A DNA stretch of 64,000 nt from positions 6,865-70,864 of the forward strand of contig JACQWM010000007.1 in assembly GCA_016209275.1 (NCBI GenBank), read 5' to 3'. The stretch's first letter is position 1. Each line of letters opens with the position of its first letter. The stretch comes from Candidatus Omnitrophota bacterium (GTDB lineage: Bacteria; Omnitrophota; Gorgyraeia; Aquiviventales; Aquiviventaceae). Positions 54,681 to 63,641 of this stretch are shown one piece after another. The translations under genes were made by a program, and so were the position numbers. The notes below the pieces were generated by a model. That model worked only from the letters and a program-made list of their open reading frames with translations. It was not told where the DNA came from and did no database searches.

Positions 54681-54715
54681 ACAGACAGCACATAGCAGAT
54701 AGCAGATAGCCATAC

Positions 54716-56110
54716 ATGCAAAAACTGTGGCGTAGGATTCTTGTGTCGGCGAATTTCGCGGTCGTGCTCATCCTCCTCGCCTTCCTCTTTATCCTGGTCA
54801 ACTCGCTCGCGAGCCGCCGGTACGCCCGGTGGGACCTCACCCGGGCCAAAATCACCCAGCTCTCCGATAAGACGCGGCAAACGCTCAAGGCGCTTGCGGC
54901 TCCGGTGCGGGTCACGGTCTTTTTCGAACCCAGCCACCCGCTGTATGAGCTCATCCGCGATCTCCTGAAGGCCTACGAGGCGGCGAGCCCAAATATCACC
55001 GCGGTCTTCGTGGATCAGGAGCAGGACGTGGCCAAAGCCACCCAATTGGTTGAGAAATTCCACATTGAAAAAGCCAACGTCGTCGTCTTCGAATACGGCT
55101 CGCGCCATAAGCACCTTGCGGACACGGACCTGGCTGACCTTCATCACGAGGCCAAAATCTTCAACGCGGAGGACGCCTTCACCTCAGCCATCATCTCGCT
55201 GGCCCACGAGAGCGCTCCGACGGCGTGGATCATCACCGGCCACGGCGAGAAATCCATTGAGGCGGCCGACCGCGGCGGGCTCTCCGACGCCAAACAGACG
55301 CTGGAGCAGCAGAACATCGCCGTGGAGGCCGTGACCCTGCTTGAGCGCACGGCGATTCCGGACGATGTGCGGTTGATCATCATCGCCGGCCCGACGCATC
55401 GGTTCGCGGACGCTGAACTCGCCCTCCTGCGCACGTATCTCGATGGCGGCGGCCGGCTGCTGGCCCTGCTTGATCCTCAGCACGAGACGGGGATGGCGGC
55501 ACTGCTGGCCTCGTGGGGGATCACCGAGGACGACACCATCGTCGTCGATCCCTCCTTGAAATTGCCGTTTGTGTCCGCGGCGAATCTCTTCGTCACCCAT
55601 TACACCGAGCACCCCATCGTGGATCGGATGCAAACGGTGATGACCATCTTTCCCCTGGCCCGCTCGATCCGCCCGGCCGCGGATCCTCCCAAGGAGCTGA
55701 CCGTCACCCCGCTGGCGTCCACCTCCGAAGCCGGATGGGGAGAAACCGACCTGACCAGCGACACCTTCGTCTTCAATGAGAACACAGACCTCAAAGGCCC
55801 GGTGTCGATTGCCGTCGCCAGCGAGCGCGCGGTCGGCCAGTCCCGCACGCGCCTCGTCGCCGTCGGCGACTCGGATTTCATCATGAATGCGCAGCTGGGC
55901 AACGTGGGCAACAAAGACTTCTTCATGGGCGCGATCTTCTGGCTCATGCAGCAGGAACAGTTCATCGGCATCGGGCCGAAGCCGCTGGAAGCCCTGAAAT
56001 TGCATCTGACCGAACCGCAATTGCTCGGCCTCTCATGGGCCAGCGTGCTGACCATGCCTCTCCTCTGCGGGCTGCTCGGCGTTGGGGTGTGGTTCCAAAG
56101 ACGTCAGTAA
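54716..56110 (+). CDS. GldG-like ABC auxiliary component
   Basis: RWDLT...LSDKT, TGHGE, IIAGP, VGDSDF, GNKDF. Confidence 0.88.
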   Translation: MQKLWRRILVSANFAVVLILLAFLFILVNSLASRRYARWDLTRAKITQLSDKTRQTLKALAAPVRVTVFFEPSHPLYELIRDLLKAYEAASPNITAVFVDQEQDVAKATQLVEKFHIEKANVVVFEYGSRHKHLADTDLADLHHEAKIFNAEDAFTSAIISLAHESAPTAWIITGHGEKSIEAADRGGLSDAKQTLEQQNIAVEAVTLLERTAIPDDVRLIIIAGPTHRFADAELALLRTYLDGGGRLLALLDPQHETGMAALLASWGITEDDTIVVDPSLKLPFVSAANLFVTHYTEHPIVDRMQTVMTIFPLARSIRPAADPPKELTVTPLASTSEAGWGETDLTSDTFVFNENTDLKGPVSIAVASERAVGQSRTRLVAVGDSDFIMNAQLGNVGNKDFFMGAIFWLMQQEQFIGIGPKPLEALKLHLTEPQLLGLSWASVLTMPLLCGLLGVGVWFQRRQ

Positions 56111-56118
56111 CGAGTCAC

Positions 56119-56796
56119 ATGCGGTGGAAGACAACGCTTGCGCTCTTGGTGGCAACGGTCGTGGTGGGGGCGTATGTCGCTTACGATATCCGCCAGCCGT
56201 CCAAGGAATGGCAGGAAGAGCGTCCTCGGCAGATCCTGGATCTGCCCGCTGAAACCATCACGCAGCTGGCGATTGAAACACCCCAGGTCAAGATCGCCCT
56301 CATCAAAGACGGCGGCTCATGGGTCATCGCGCCGCAGCATCTGCGCGCCAACGCGAATCTCATCACGCGCATCGTCTATCTCTTCGGGCCGCTGATGGCC
56401 TCTCGCGTCCTGGCCCCAACGCCTGAGCATCCGCTGGATTTGGCCGCGATGGGATTGGCTCCTGCGGTCGGCCGGATCACCGTCTCGGCCAACGGCCTCG
56501 CGAGCACCCTGCAGTTCGGCAATCCGACTCCGCTCCCATCGAAACGGTACGCGAAGGTCGCCGGCCGCCCTGAGGTGTTTGTGATTCCCGCACGCCTCTT
56601 TGACCTGGTCAATCAGCCGCTGGAGCGCTACCGCGACTCGCCATCAGCCGCGCCGGCGAATGAGGCCCCGGGCGCGGAGGATGCGTTGCAGGACGGTCAG
56701 ATGCGTCAGCCCCGCCAAGAGTACCAGGGCCCACCAGAGCCCATCGTGACCGAACGGACGCCACGGCAAGAGCTCCCACGCCAACAGCCCAAGTAA
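56119..56796 (+). CDS. DUF4340-like protein
   Basis: N-terminal TM, MGLAP, LQFGNPTP, YAK..EVF; usual position after gldG-like genes. Confidence 0.75.
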   Translation: MRWKTTLALLVATVVVGAYVAYDIRQPSKEWQEERPRQILDLPAETITQLAIETPQVKIALIKDGGSWVIAPQHLRANANLITRIVYLFGPLMASRVLAPTPEHPLDLAAMGLAPAVGRITVSANGLASTLQFGNPTPLPSKRYAKVAGRPEVFVIPARLFDLVNQPLERYRDSPSAAPANEAPGAEDALQDGQMRQPRQEYQGPPEPIVTERTPRQELPRQQPK

Positions 56797-57255
56797 GAGC
56801 ACGATCCCCCGCTCGCTGCGCTCCATCAGATCCGGCCATTCCAGGTTGCTCATCGGCGCTTCCATCGCGGCTCGGGCTTTTGAATAGCTGACCAGCAGCG
56901 ATCCGGATACGCTGAGCATCGACCACAGCCAATAGCCGCTGGCGATGGCAATGGTGACGCTGATGATCACGTCCACGTAGCGATCCACCATGGCGTCGAG
57001 GTAGCCGCCGAAGCGGCTGGCCCGCCCGCTGAGGCGCGCCACCGCCCCATCCACCCAGTCGAGGCAGGCGACGGCCGTGATCATCACGCAAAACGGGAGA
57101 ATCGCCCGCGTGCGGAGAAACCACCAGCACACGATCAGGCTCAGCAGTGGTGTCGCAAGGGTGAGGGCATTGGGCGAAATGCCGGTGGCAGCGAGCGCGC
57201 GCGCCAGCGGCTCAATGGCGCGATTGAAGAACGATTTATACCGGCTCGTCAACAC
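56644..57255 (-). CDS. CDP-alcohol phosphatidyltransferase
   Basis: PNALT, DWVDGAVAR..FGGYLDAMVDR, LVSYSKARA. Confidence 0.9.
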   Translation of the reverse strand: MLTSRYKSFFNRAIEPLARALAATGISPNALTLATPLLSLIVCWWFLRTRAILPFCVMITAVACLDWVDGAVARLSGRASRFGGYLDAMVDRYVDVIISVTIAIASGYWLWSMLSVSGSLLVSYSKARAAMEAPMSNLEWPDLMERSERGIVLLLGLLAWELLPWRPFGHDGLWWALVLLAGLTHLTVLQRILRARGLIRRRG

Positions 57256-57258
57256 GGG

Positions 57259-57801
57259 TCAGGCAGCGGGTGGGGGTGCGGGCTCGATACCGACGATCTT
57301 GATCTTAAAATTCAACGTCTTGCCTGACAGCGGATGATTCCCATCCAAGATGACGGTGGTTTTCTTGATCTGTTTGACGGTGGCTCGGATGCTGCGGCCC
57401 TGCTCATCAGCATAGCGGAAGACGAGCCCGGGTTTCGGTTGGAGTCCAACCGGAAGATCGCGCTTCTCCACTTCCATCACCAGCGACGGATTATATTGGC
57501 CGTAGCCCTGCTCCGGCGAAATGGTCACCTCTTTCTCATCGCCGGCATGCAAACCGGCCAGCGCTCGCTCAAGCGCTGCGATGATCTGGCCGCGGCCGTG
57601 GACGTATTGCAGCGGCCCTTGGCCGCTCGTGGACTCCACGGTTTTCCCATCCGCCGTCAGCGTGTAGTCCAGGGTCACACTCATCCCGTCTTCAACGCTG
57701 AAGGAAGACGGCGCGTCTTGCTCCGCGGCCATTGCGCCGGCGGCCAGCAGCCCGGCCAGCCCGATGGCGGTAACACTCGCGAAACCTCGGCGGGGCATCA
57801 T
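57259..57801 (-). CDS. SlyD-like FKBP peptidyl-prolyl isomerase with signal peptide
   Basis: YVHGRGQII..LE, PEQGYG, DGNHPLSGKTLNF; N-terminal signal ending AMA-AE. Confidence 0.88.
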   Translation of the reverse strand: MMPRRGFASVTAIGLAGLLAAGAMAAEQDAPSSFSVEDGMSVTLDYTLTADGKTVESTSGQGPLQYVHGRGQIIAALERALAGLHAGDEKEVTISPEQGYGQYNPSLVMEVEKRDLPVGLQPKPGLVFRYADEQGRSIRATVKQIKKTTVILDGNHPLSGKTLNFKIKIVGIEPAPPPAA

Positions 57802-57804
57802 GGG

Positions 57805-58227
57805 TTAGGAGCTCGCCGCAAAGTCCGAATCGTCCAGCAATTCCAAGTCGTCGATCCACTCCTCGCCCGAAGCGCTGTCGGATGACTCATCAATCTGCTC
57901 ATCGAGCTCATTCAGTAATTGCATGGTTTGCTCAAGCCACGTCGCGTCATCATCTTGGCGCTCGGCCAGCACCATGGGTGTGGCCGCCGGCCCAGCCGCA
58001 TGATGCCGGAGCGCGCCGAAGGCGAGGACGAGGCTTGCCGCCGCGGCCGCGAACGCCACCGCCACCCTCGGCCAGGGCCAGGCCGCCCGCGCCGGGACCG
58101 GCACGGGATGGGCAAGGCGTCGAACGCGCGCCATCACCTCATCGGTGTAGCGGATCCGCTCATATCCGTCGGGCTCCTTCAGCGGATGGCGCTTGAGCCA
58201 CGCCGCCAGCCACGAAGCGAACTCCAT
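57805..58227 (-). CDS. Putative single-TM anti-sigma factor
   Basis: Directly follows the ECF sigma gene; YTDEVMARVR, one TM, acidic tail. Confidence 0.65.
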   Translation of the reverse strand: MEFASWLAAWLKRHPLKEPDGYERIRYTDEVMARVRRLAHPVPVPARAAWPWPRVAVAFAAAAASLVLAFGALRHHAAGPAATPMVLAERQDDDATWLEQTMQLLNELDEQIDESSDSASGEEWIDDLELLDDSDFAASS

Positions 58228-58821
58228 TTACAGTCCCTCCTCATTCAGCCACGGGGTCAGCTGCTTGCGCAGCGACGCGGCAGCCCGAAAGATGTGCGCC
58301 TTGACCGTTCCGACGCGACAATCCATCACGCCGGCAACCTCCATCAGTGGTAACCCCTGCAGATGATGCAGCGCAAACGCGGTTTTCTGTTTCATGGGCA
58401 GCCTCCCAATCGCCTGGGCGAGCCGGCGCCCCAATTCGCGATTCGCGGCGCGGTCGCTGGGATCGGCTGCAGGATCCCCCACGTCGATGAACCACGAGCT
58501 GTCAGGATCATCAGGATCAGCTTCACCCACGACGGCGGCCGCCGCCGGAGCGCGCATGCGCCGGCGAACCTCATCCTTGCACTCGTTAACCACGATGCGG
58601 TAGAGCCATGTGGAGAACTTGGCGTTCCCGCGGAATCGGCGAAGCGAACGGTAGGCGTTGACAAAGGCTTCTTGCGAGGCGTCTTTCGCATCCTCATGAT
58701 GGCCGAGCAGGCTAAGTGCCAAGCGAAACGCGGGGCCCTGGTAGCGATCCACCAGCTCGGCATACCGATCCACCTCTCCGCGCAGGACAGCGGTGATAAT
58801 CTCCGCATCGGATTGGCCCAT
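58228..58821 (-). CDS. ECF RNA polymerase sigma factor
   Basis: DAKDASQEAF, FSTWLYRIVVN, GTVKAHIFRA. Confidence 0.93.
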   Translation of the reverse strand: MGQSDAEIITAVLRGEVDRYAELVDRYQGPAFRLALSLLGHHEDAKDASQEAFVNAYRSLRRFRGNAKFSTWLYRIVVNECKDEVRRRMRAPAAAAVVGEADPDDPDSSWFIDVGDPAADPSDRAANRELGRRLAQAIGRLPMKQKTAFALHHLQGLPLMEVAGVMDCRVGTVKAHIFRAAASLRKQLTPWLNEEGL

Positions 58822-58848
58822 CGCTCGCAGTAGTATAACATAGTTTTT

Positions 58849-60111
58849 TCACCGACGCCGTCCGCCGCCACCGCCGCCACCTTTAGCCCCGCCACCGGCA
58901 CCGCCACGGGGCCCACTACCGCCGGCCTTCGAGCCGCCACCCATGGCTCCCCCGCGAGACCCACCGCCTGCTGGACCGCCACCCATGCGCTGTCCAGGCC
59001 CGCCGCCTGGTCCGCCCTGCGGGCGATTCGCCCCGCCATGCTCTCCAGGACCAAATCGGCGATGCTCGCCGCCCTGGCCGACACCACCGCGTCCCTCTCC
59101 TTGGCCATGATCGCGCACACCCCGATCATGTCCCGGGCCTGGCCCGCCCTGTTCACGCTTGCGCTCTCGGTGATCTTCACGCCGGTCACGGACATCCTCC
59201 CGATGGTCGCGGACATCCTCCCGTCGGTCATGCCGATCTTCGCGGCGATCCTTCACGTCTTCTCGATGATCGCGCACGTCCTCCCGGCGGTCGCGAATAT
59301 CCTCACGCCGATCCTTGATATCCTCGAGCCGATCCCGCGGTCCGCCGTCATGCCTGGCATCCCACCGATCTTCGCGGCGATCGCGGATGTCCTCTCGATG
59401 ATCCTTGACGTCTTCTCGGCGATCCCGCACATCCTCGCGGCGATCGCGGATATCTTCGCGCCAATCCTGGCGATCCTCTCGCCGATCCTGGCGATCCTCT
59501 CGGCGGTCTTGACGGGCTTCCATGCGATCGGCGAAGTGCTCCTGGATGCGCGGATGATTCTGCATAAACTGCTCGAATCGCCCCGGGTTATGCTCCTTCA
59601 TGTATTGCAGCCGGTGCTGCATCACTTCGCGGAATTTCTCAGGGTTGGCCTCCTTCAGATGCTGGAGGCGCTCGCGGCGCTGCGCTTGGAGCTTGTCCTT
59701 GACGCGCTCAAACGCCTCAGGATTCTTCTGCTTTAACTGCTCCAGACGTTCCTTCAGTTGTCCGCGATGCTGCTGGATAGCTTCTTTGTAGGCTTCAGGA
59801 TTCTTTTCCTTGAGTTCGCGCAAGTGTTGGAGCTTGGCAGGATCAGGACCCGGACGATCTTTGATATCTTCGCGCCGATCCCGCACGTCTTCTCGGTGGT
59901 CACGGACATCTTCCCGGCGATCGCGGATATCCTCGCGCCGATCCTTCACATCTTCTCGCCGGTCCTTCACATCTTCTCGGCGATCCTGGCGGTTCTCCCG
60001 ACGATCGGCGCGGTTTTCAACGCGATCTTTGCTAGGCGGTTCGGCGAATGCCTGCGCGGAGCAACCCAAGAGTCCTGCCACGACAATGCCCAGCAGCCGT
60101 CTCTTCATCAT
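58849..60111 (-). CDS. Secreted low-complexity protein with (DRREDV/IR)n heptad repeats
   Basis: Signal peptide ending AFA-E, AGGAGG RBS, 21-nt repeat blocks, helical NPE repeats, Gly-rich tail. Confidence 0.8.
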   Translation of the reverse strand: MMKRRLLGIVVAGLLGCSAQAFAEPPSKDRVENRADRRENRQDRREDVKDRREDVKDRREDIRDRREDVRDHREDVRDRREDIKDRPGPDPAKLQHLRELKEKNPEAYKEAIQQHRGQLKERLEQLKQKNPEAFERVKDKLQAQRRERLQHLKEANPEKFREVMQHRLQYMKEHNPGRFEQFMQNHPRIQEHFADRMEARQDRREDRQDRREDRQDWREDIRDRREDVRDRREDVKDHREDIRDRREDRWDARHDGGPRDRLEDIKDRREDIRDRREDVRDHREDVKDRREDRHDRREDVRDHREDVRDRREDHRERKREQGGPGPGHDRGVRDHGQGEGRGGVGQGGEHRRFGPGEHGGANRPQGGPGGGPGQRMGGGPAGGGSRGGAMGGGSKAGGSGPRGGAGGGAKGGGGGGGRRR

Positions 60112-60137
60112 GGTGCCCTCCTTGTTCTATTGAGTAA

Positions 60138-60163
60138 GACGCCGGACGGGCGAAAAGGTTTAC
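60138..60163 (-). promoter_or_regulatory. ECF-sigma-type promoter
   Basis: GTAAAC-N16-CGTC upstream of the repeat-protein/ECF operon. Confidence 0.65.
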
Positions 60164-60196
60164 CCCGCCCCACGGTTATTATTGTGGGCGGGGTTT
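60162..60196 (-). terminator. Hairpin downstream of the sulfite reductase gene
   Basis: ACCCCGCCCAC-loop-GTGGGCGGGGT followed by AAACCTTTT. Confidence 0.6.
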
Positions 60197-60208
60197 ACTG
60201 AGGAAGGA

Positions 60209-61924
60209 TTACTCCGCGCACTCCCCTTTGCCGGCGGCGGGGGCAAAGGGTTCGGTCTCACCCAGATCGACGAACAGCTCAGGCGTCTGCGCAGCACCAT
60301 TGAGCTCGGCGAGATCCTGCAGAAGGAATTTCAGGGGGTCAAGGCCGATCCTGGCGATGAACGAGGCGAATGGTTCATCAGGCTGCTTCTGCTCGCCATA
60401 GAACATGACGATCCGTTTGACGGCCTCCGGCACTCGTTGAGCCGGAACCCGCAGCAGCCGACGGCCAAATTGCGTCGATTCCTCTGCGGTGCCGCCGCCG
60501 ACGAGCAGCTGGTAGCACGGGACATGCCGCTCGCCCACCTTGACCGCGACCCCAAAGCCTCCGATGTCCGCGATATGATGCTGGCCGCAGGCGTTGGGGC
60601 AGCCGGAGATCTTGATCGAGATCGGCGCATCCGCCCAGGCTGAGAGCCCGTTGCGGCACAGCGCGTCCACCGCTTCGGCGAATCCGCGCGGATGGGTGAT
60701 AGCGGATAAGCAGCTATCCGCCCCTGGGCAGCGGGTGACATCCGCCAGCCGGTCTGCCCCGGCTTCGGCAAGACCCAAGCGCTCCAACTCTTCATACACG
60801 GCCGGCAACGCGGCATACGGCACGAACCGCAGCAGCACGTTCTGGGTGTTCATGAGCCTCGCCCCGCCGGCATACCTGCGCGCCACGTCCGCCAGCCCGC
60901 GAAGCTGTGCTGAGGAGAGATCGCCGCACGGCGCGCGCACGATGACGCTCACCAAACGCGGCTGTTTCTGGGGAACAATGTTCGTGGTGCTCCATCGAGC
61001 AAAGCCTTCCGGAGCCGGATGCGTGCTTGAGAGGCATGCTCGCACTGGCGGCGAGGCGTCGTCGCGAAGATGCAGCGCGCTGAGCGCGTAGCCGGACTGG
61101 GTAGCCCACACGGCGGGACGCTCCGCCATGACGCGCTGCCGGAACTCTTCCCATCCGAGTTGCTCGATGAGGAATTTGAGGCGGGCGCGGGCGCGGTTGC
61201 GCCGCTCCCCGTGCCGCTCAAAGACGCGCAGGACCGCCTCGATCGTCGGCAGCAGCAACTCGGCCTCGGTCCATGGCTCCAGCAGCTTCGCCGCTGCGGG
61301 TGCCGGGCCGAGCCCCCCGCCGGCGTAGATGCGAAACCCTCGGCGGCCGTCCTGCACCGCCGCCACAATGCCCAGATCGTGGATTTGTGTGCGGGCATGA
61401 TCCGTCGGGCAGCCTTCAAACGCGATTTTCACCTTGCGCGGCAGGATCTGCGTGAGCGGATTGCGCAGCAGATAGTCGCTGATCGCCTGGGCATACGGAG
61501 TCACGTCAAACGGCTCCTCGCGCGAGACCCCGGCCCACGGGCAGAGCGTGATATTTCGCACGACGTTGCCGCTGGCCTCGCGCGTCGTCAACCCCGCGGC
61601 GGATAGCCCGCGCAGGAAGGCCGGCACGGCGCCGCGTTCAACCCCGTAGAGCTGCGCATCCTGGCGCGTAGTCACATGGACCTGGCGGGCCGGGGTGAAC
61701 TGCTCGCACGCGGTGGCAAGGGCCTCAAGCTGCTCCGGGGTGATGATACCCAGCGGCACGCGCACCCGAATCATGTAGCTGTCGGGCGCGCGCCGCATGC
61801 TGTAGACGCCGTATTGCAGGCGCAGCTTCTTGAACAGCTCAGGATCCAGCGCGCCCTGGGCCAGGCGGGCTAGCTGCGACTCAAGATGCTGGATTTCAGC
61901 GTCGACGACCGTGGTTTCGCGCAT
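60209..61924 (-). CDS. Siroheme-[4Fe-4S] sulfite/nitrite reductase (second paralog)
   Basis: HVTTRQ, LPRKVK, CPGADSC, SGCPNACGQH, C-terminal GKGECAE. Confidence 0.9.
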   Translation of the reverse strand: MRETTVVDAEIQHLESQLARLAQGALDPELFKKLRLQYGVYSMRRAPDSYMIRVRVPLGIITPEQLEALATACEQFTPARQVHVTTRQDAQLYGVERGAVPAFLRGLSAAGLTTREASGNVVRNITLCPWAGVSREEPFDVTPYAQAISDYLLRNPLTQILPRKVKIAFEGCPTDHARTQIHDLGIVAAVQDGRRGFRIYAGGGLGPAPAAAKLLEPWTEAELLLPTIEAVLRVFERHGERRNRARARLKFLIEQLGWEEFRQRVMAERPAVWATQSGYALSALHLRDDASPPVRACLSSTHPAPEGFARWSTTNIVPQKQPRLVSVIVRAPCGDLSSAQLRGLADVARRYAGGARLMNTQNVLLRFVPYAALPAVYEELERLGLAEAGADRLADVTRCPGADSCLSAITHPRGFAEAVDALCRNGLSAWADAPISIKISGCPNACGQHHIADIGGFGVAVKVGERHVPCYQLLVGGGTAEESTQFGRRLLRVPAQRVPEAVKRIVMFYGEQKQPDEPFASFIARIGLDPLKFLLQDLAELNGAAQTPELFVDLGETEPFAPAAGKGECAE

Positions 61925-61975
61925 GGGGGTAACCCAAAAGTATAGCCGGAACGCCACAGGCTTCTATGATGAAGA

Positions 61976-63631
61976 TCAGGAAGTGCGGCGGCGCGTGGCC
62001 GCAGCGCCTACCAGTGCCAGAAAGGCGACTTCAGCGGCCATATAGATGATCAACAGCAGCGGCAGGGGTTTGGCATGACCGCCGGCGTAGCTGTGCAGGC
62101 CGACGAGGTAGAAGCTCACACCGTAATACGTCATCAGGAGGAGAAAAAATCCCGTGATGGTGGCCAGGGCCACCCAAATGCCGTGCAGCCAGCCGGCCAT
62201 GCGGCCATGCAGCACCGCGACATACCACAACAGCGTAATCAGCGCCCAGGTTTCCTTGGGATCCCAGCCCCAGTACCGGCCCCAGGAGGCGTTCGCCCAG
62301 ACCGCGCCCAGCATGATGCCGGCCGCCAGCGTCACCACGCCGACTTGCAGCGACCGATACAAAAACAGATCCAGCTTGGCAAAGATCTCGCTGCGCGCGC
62401 GTTTTCGGCTGAGCGACAACCACGCATAGATGTGAGCTAGGCCTACGGCCAGGGCAAGGGCGCCGTAGCTGCCGACAATCGTCAAGACATGAATCGTGAG
62501 CCACAAGTTGCTGTGCAGCACCGCCACCACCGGCGAGATGCTGGAGTCCAGCGGCACGAAGTCGGCGAGCATCAGTGTCGCCGCCGCCAGGATCGATGCG
62601 GCCAACGCAAACAGATTCGCCCGGTAGATGCGTTCAAAGATGAAGGCGGTCACCACGAGGACGAAGGGCAGCCACAGCATCGTCTCATAGAAGTTGGAGA
62701 CCGGCGGCCGCCCGCCCAGGATCACGCGCATCGCAATGCCAGCGCCATGCAGCAGCATGGCCGCCGCATACATGATCAAGCCGATCCGCGCCGAGCGCTT
62801 CCGACGCTCCGAGGCGATGACGCGCGCAAGCAGCACGAACGCCATCAGGTACAACAGCTGGGCGAGATGAAACGGCTGGGCGTGATTGTAGAATACCTCA
62901 AGCGTCAGCCGCCACGCCGCCGGGTAGGCCGCAGGATTGGCTTGCTGCAGCGCCGCGGCCGCCTGCTGGGCTGCGGTGATGATCGTCTCCTGCCGCCCGG
63001 CGCGGATCGCCCCCAACACAGTGGTCCATGATGCGCGAATGGCCTCCGCCTGCGGCTCGGGATAGCCTTCGAGCTGCTGGGGGGCGCGCCACTCCACATC
63101 AAGCGATGCCGCCGGCGGAGGTGCAAGATGCAGCTTCTGCTCGAACACGCCGCTGACGGCGACGAACCGCCCGAAGACGTCCATCGTCTCTTCCTCTTGG
63201 ATCGTCAATTTCTCGCTGCGCTGCTGCTTCTGCGAGATGGCCGGCAGCATCCGCATCAGTTTGCGCGACGCCACCAGATCGTTATACGAGATCGCCTTGG
63301 CGTGGCGGTCCATCCCCAGCGGCTCCCGCAGAGGACCGAACGGAACCGACACCAGCGCCTTGGCCTGCCATGGCTCGGAATCGGCCATCATCAACAGGAT
63401 GGTCTCGACCGGATCCTGCTGTTGGAAGCGCGGATTGCCTGTGATCTGCTGCAGGGTTTCGCGCGCGAAGCTATCCAGCGGCTTGACCCGACCGTTATGC
63501 TGAACCGCGATGCGCCGCAGCGCGTTCAGGGCCGTCTTCGGCACGCCGGATGTCTGCGCCCAGCCCTGCCCGAACGCGGCCAGGCCGGCGAATCCCGCGG
63601 CGCAGAGCATGATCTTGACAACTCGTCTCAT
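61976..63631 (-). CDS. ccsA: Cytochrome c biogenesis protein CcsA/ResC (system II)
   Basis: GRVKPLDS, WLTIHV, GAVWANASWGRYWGWDPKETW, GLHSY. Confidence 0.93.
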   Translation of the reverse strand: MRRVVKIMLCAAGFAGLAAFGQGWAQTSGVPKTALNALRRIAVQHNGRVKPLDSFARETLQQITGNPRFQQQDPVETILLMMADSEPWQAKALVSVPFGPLREPLGMDRHAKAISYNDLVASRKLMRMLPAISQKQQRSEKLTIQEEETMDVFGRFVAVSGVFEQKLHLAPPPAASLDVEWRAPQQLEGYPEPQAEAIRASWTTVLGAIRAGRQETIITAAQQAAAALQQANPAAYPAAWRLTLEVFYNHAQPFHLAQLLYLMAFVLLARVIASERRKRSARIGLIMYAAAMLLHGAGIAMRVILGGRPPVSNFYETMLWLPFVLVVTAFIFERIYRANLFALAASILAAATLMLADFVPLDSSISPVVAVLHSNLWLTIHVLTIVGSYGALALAVGLAHIYAWLSLSRKRARSEIFAKLDLFLYRSLQVGVVTLAAGIMLGAVWANASWGRYWGWDPKETWALITLLWYVAVLHGRMAGWLHGIWVALATITGFFLLLMTYYGVSFYLVGLHSYAGGHAKPLPLLLIIYMAAEVAFLALVGAAATRRRTS

Positions 63632-63641
63632 GGAAAACTCC

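Noticed and set aside
52943-56796. Gliding motility system
   Set aside because: GldAFG-like ABC modules are widespread in non-gliding bacteria, and no motor or T9SS genes are present.
59038-59736. Hydrophobic antisense ORF over the repeat gene
   Set aside because: Shadow of the low-complexity repeat; the minus strand has the RBS, promoter and signal peptide.
59160-60030. 21-nt tandem repeats as a CRISPR array
   Set aside because: No unique spacers; the units are contiguous codon-level repeats of a protein, and no cas genes are present.
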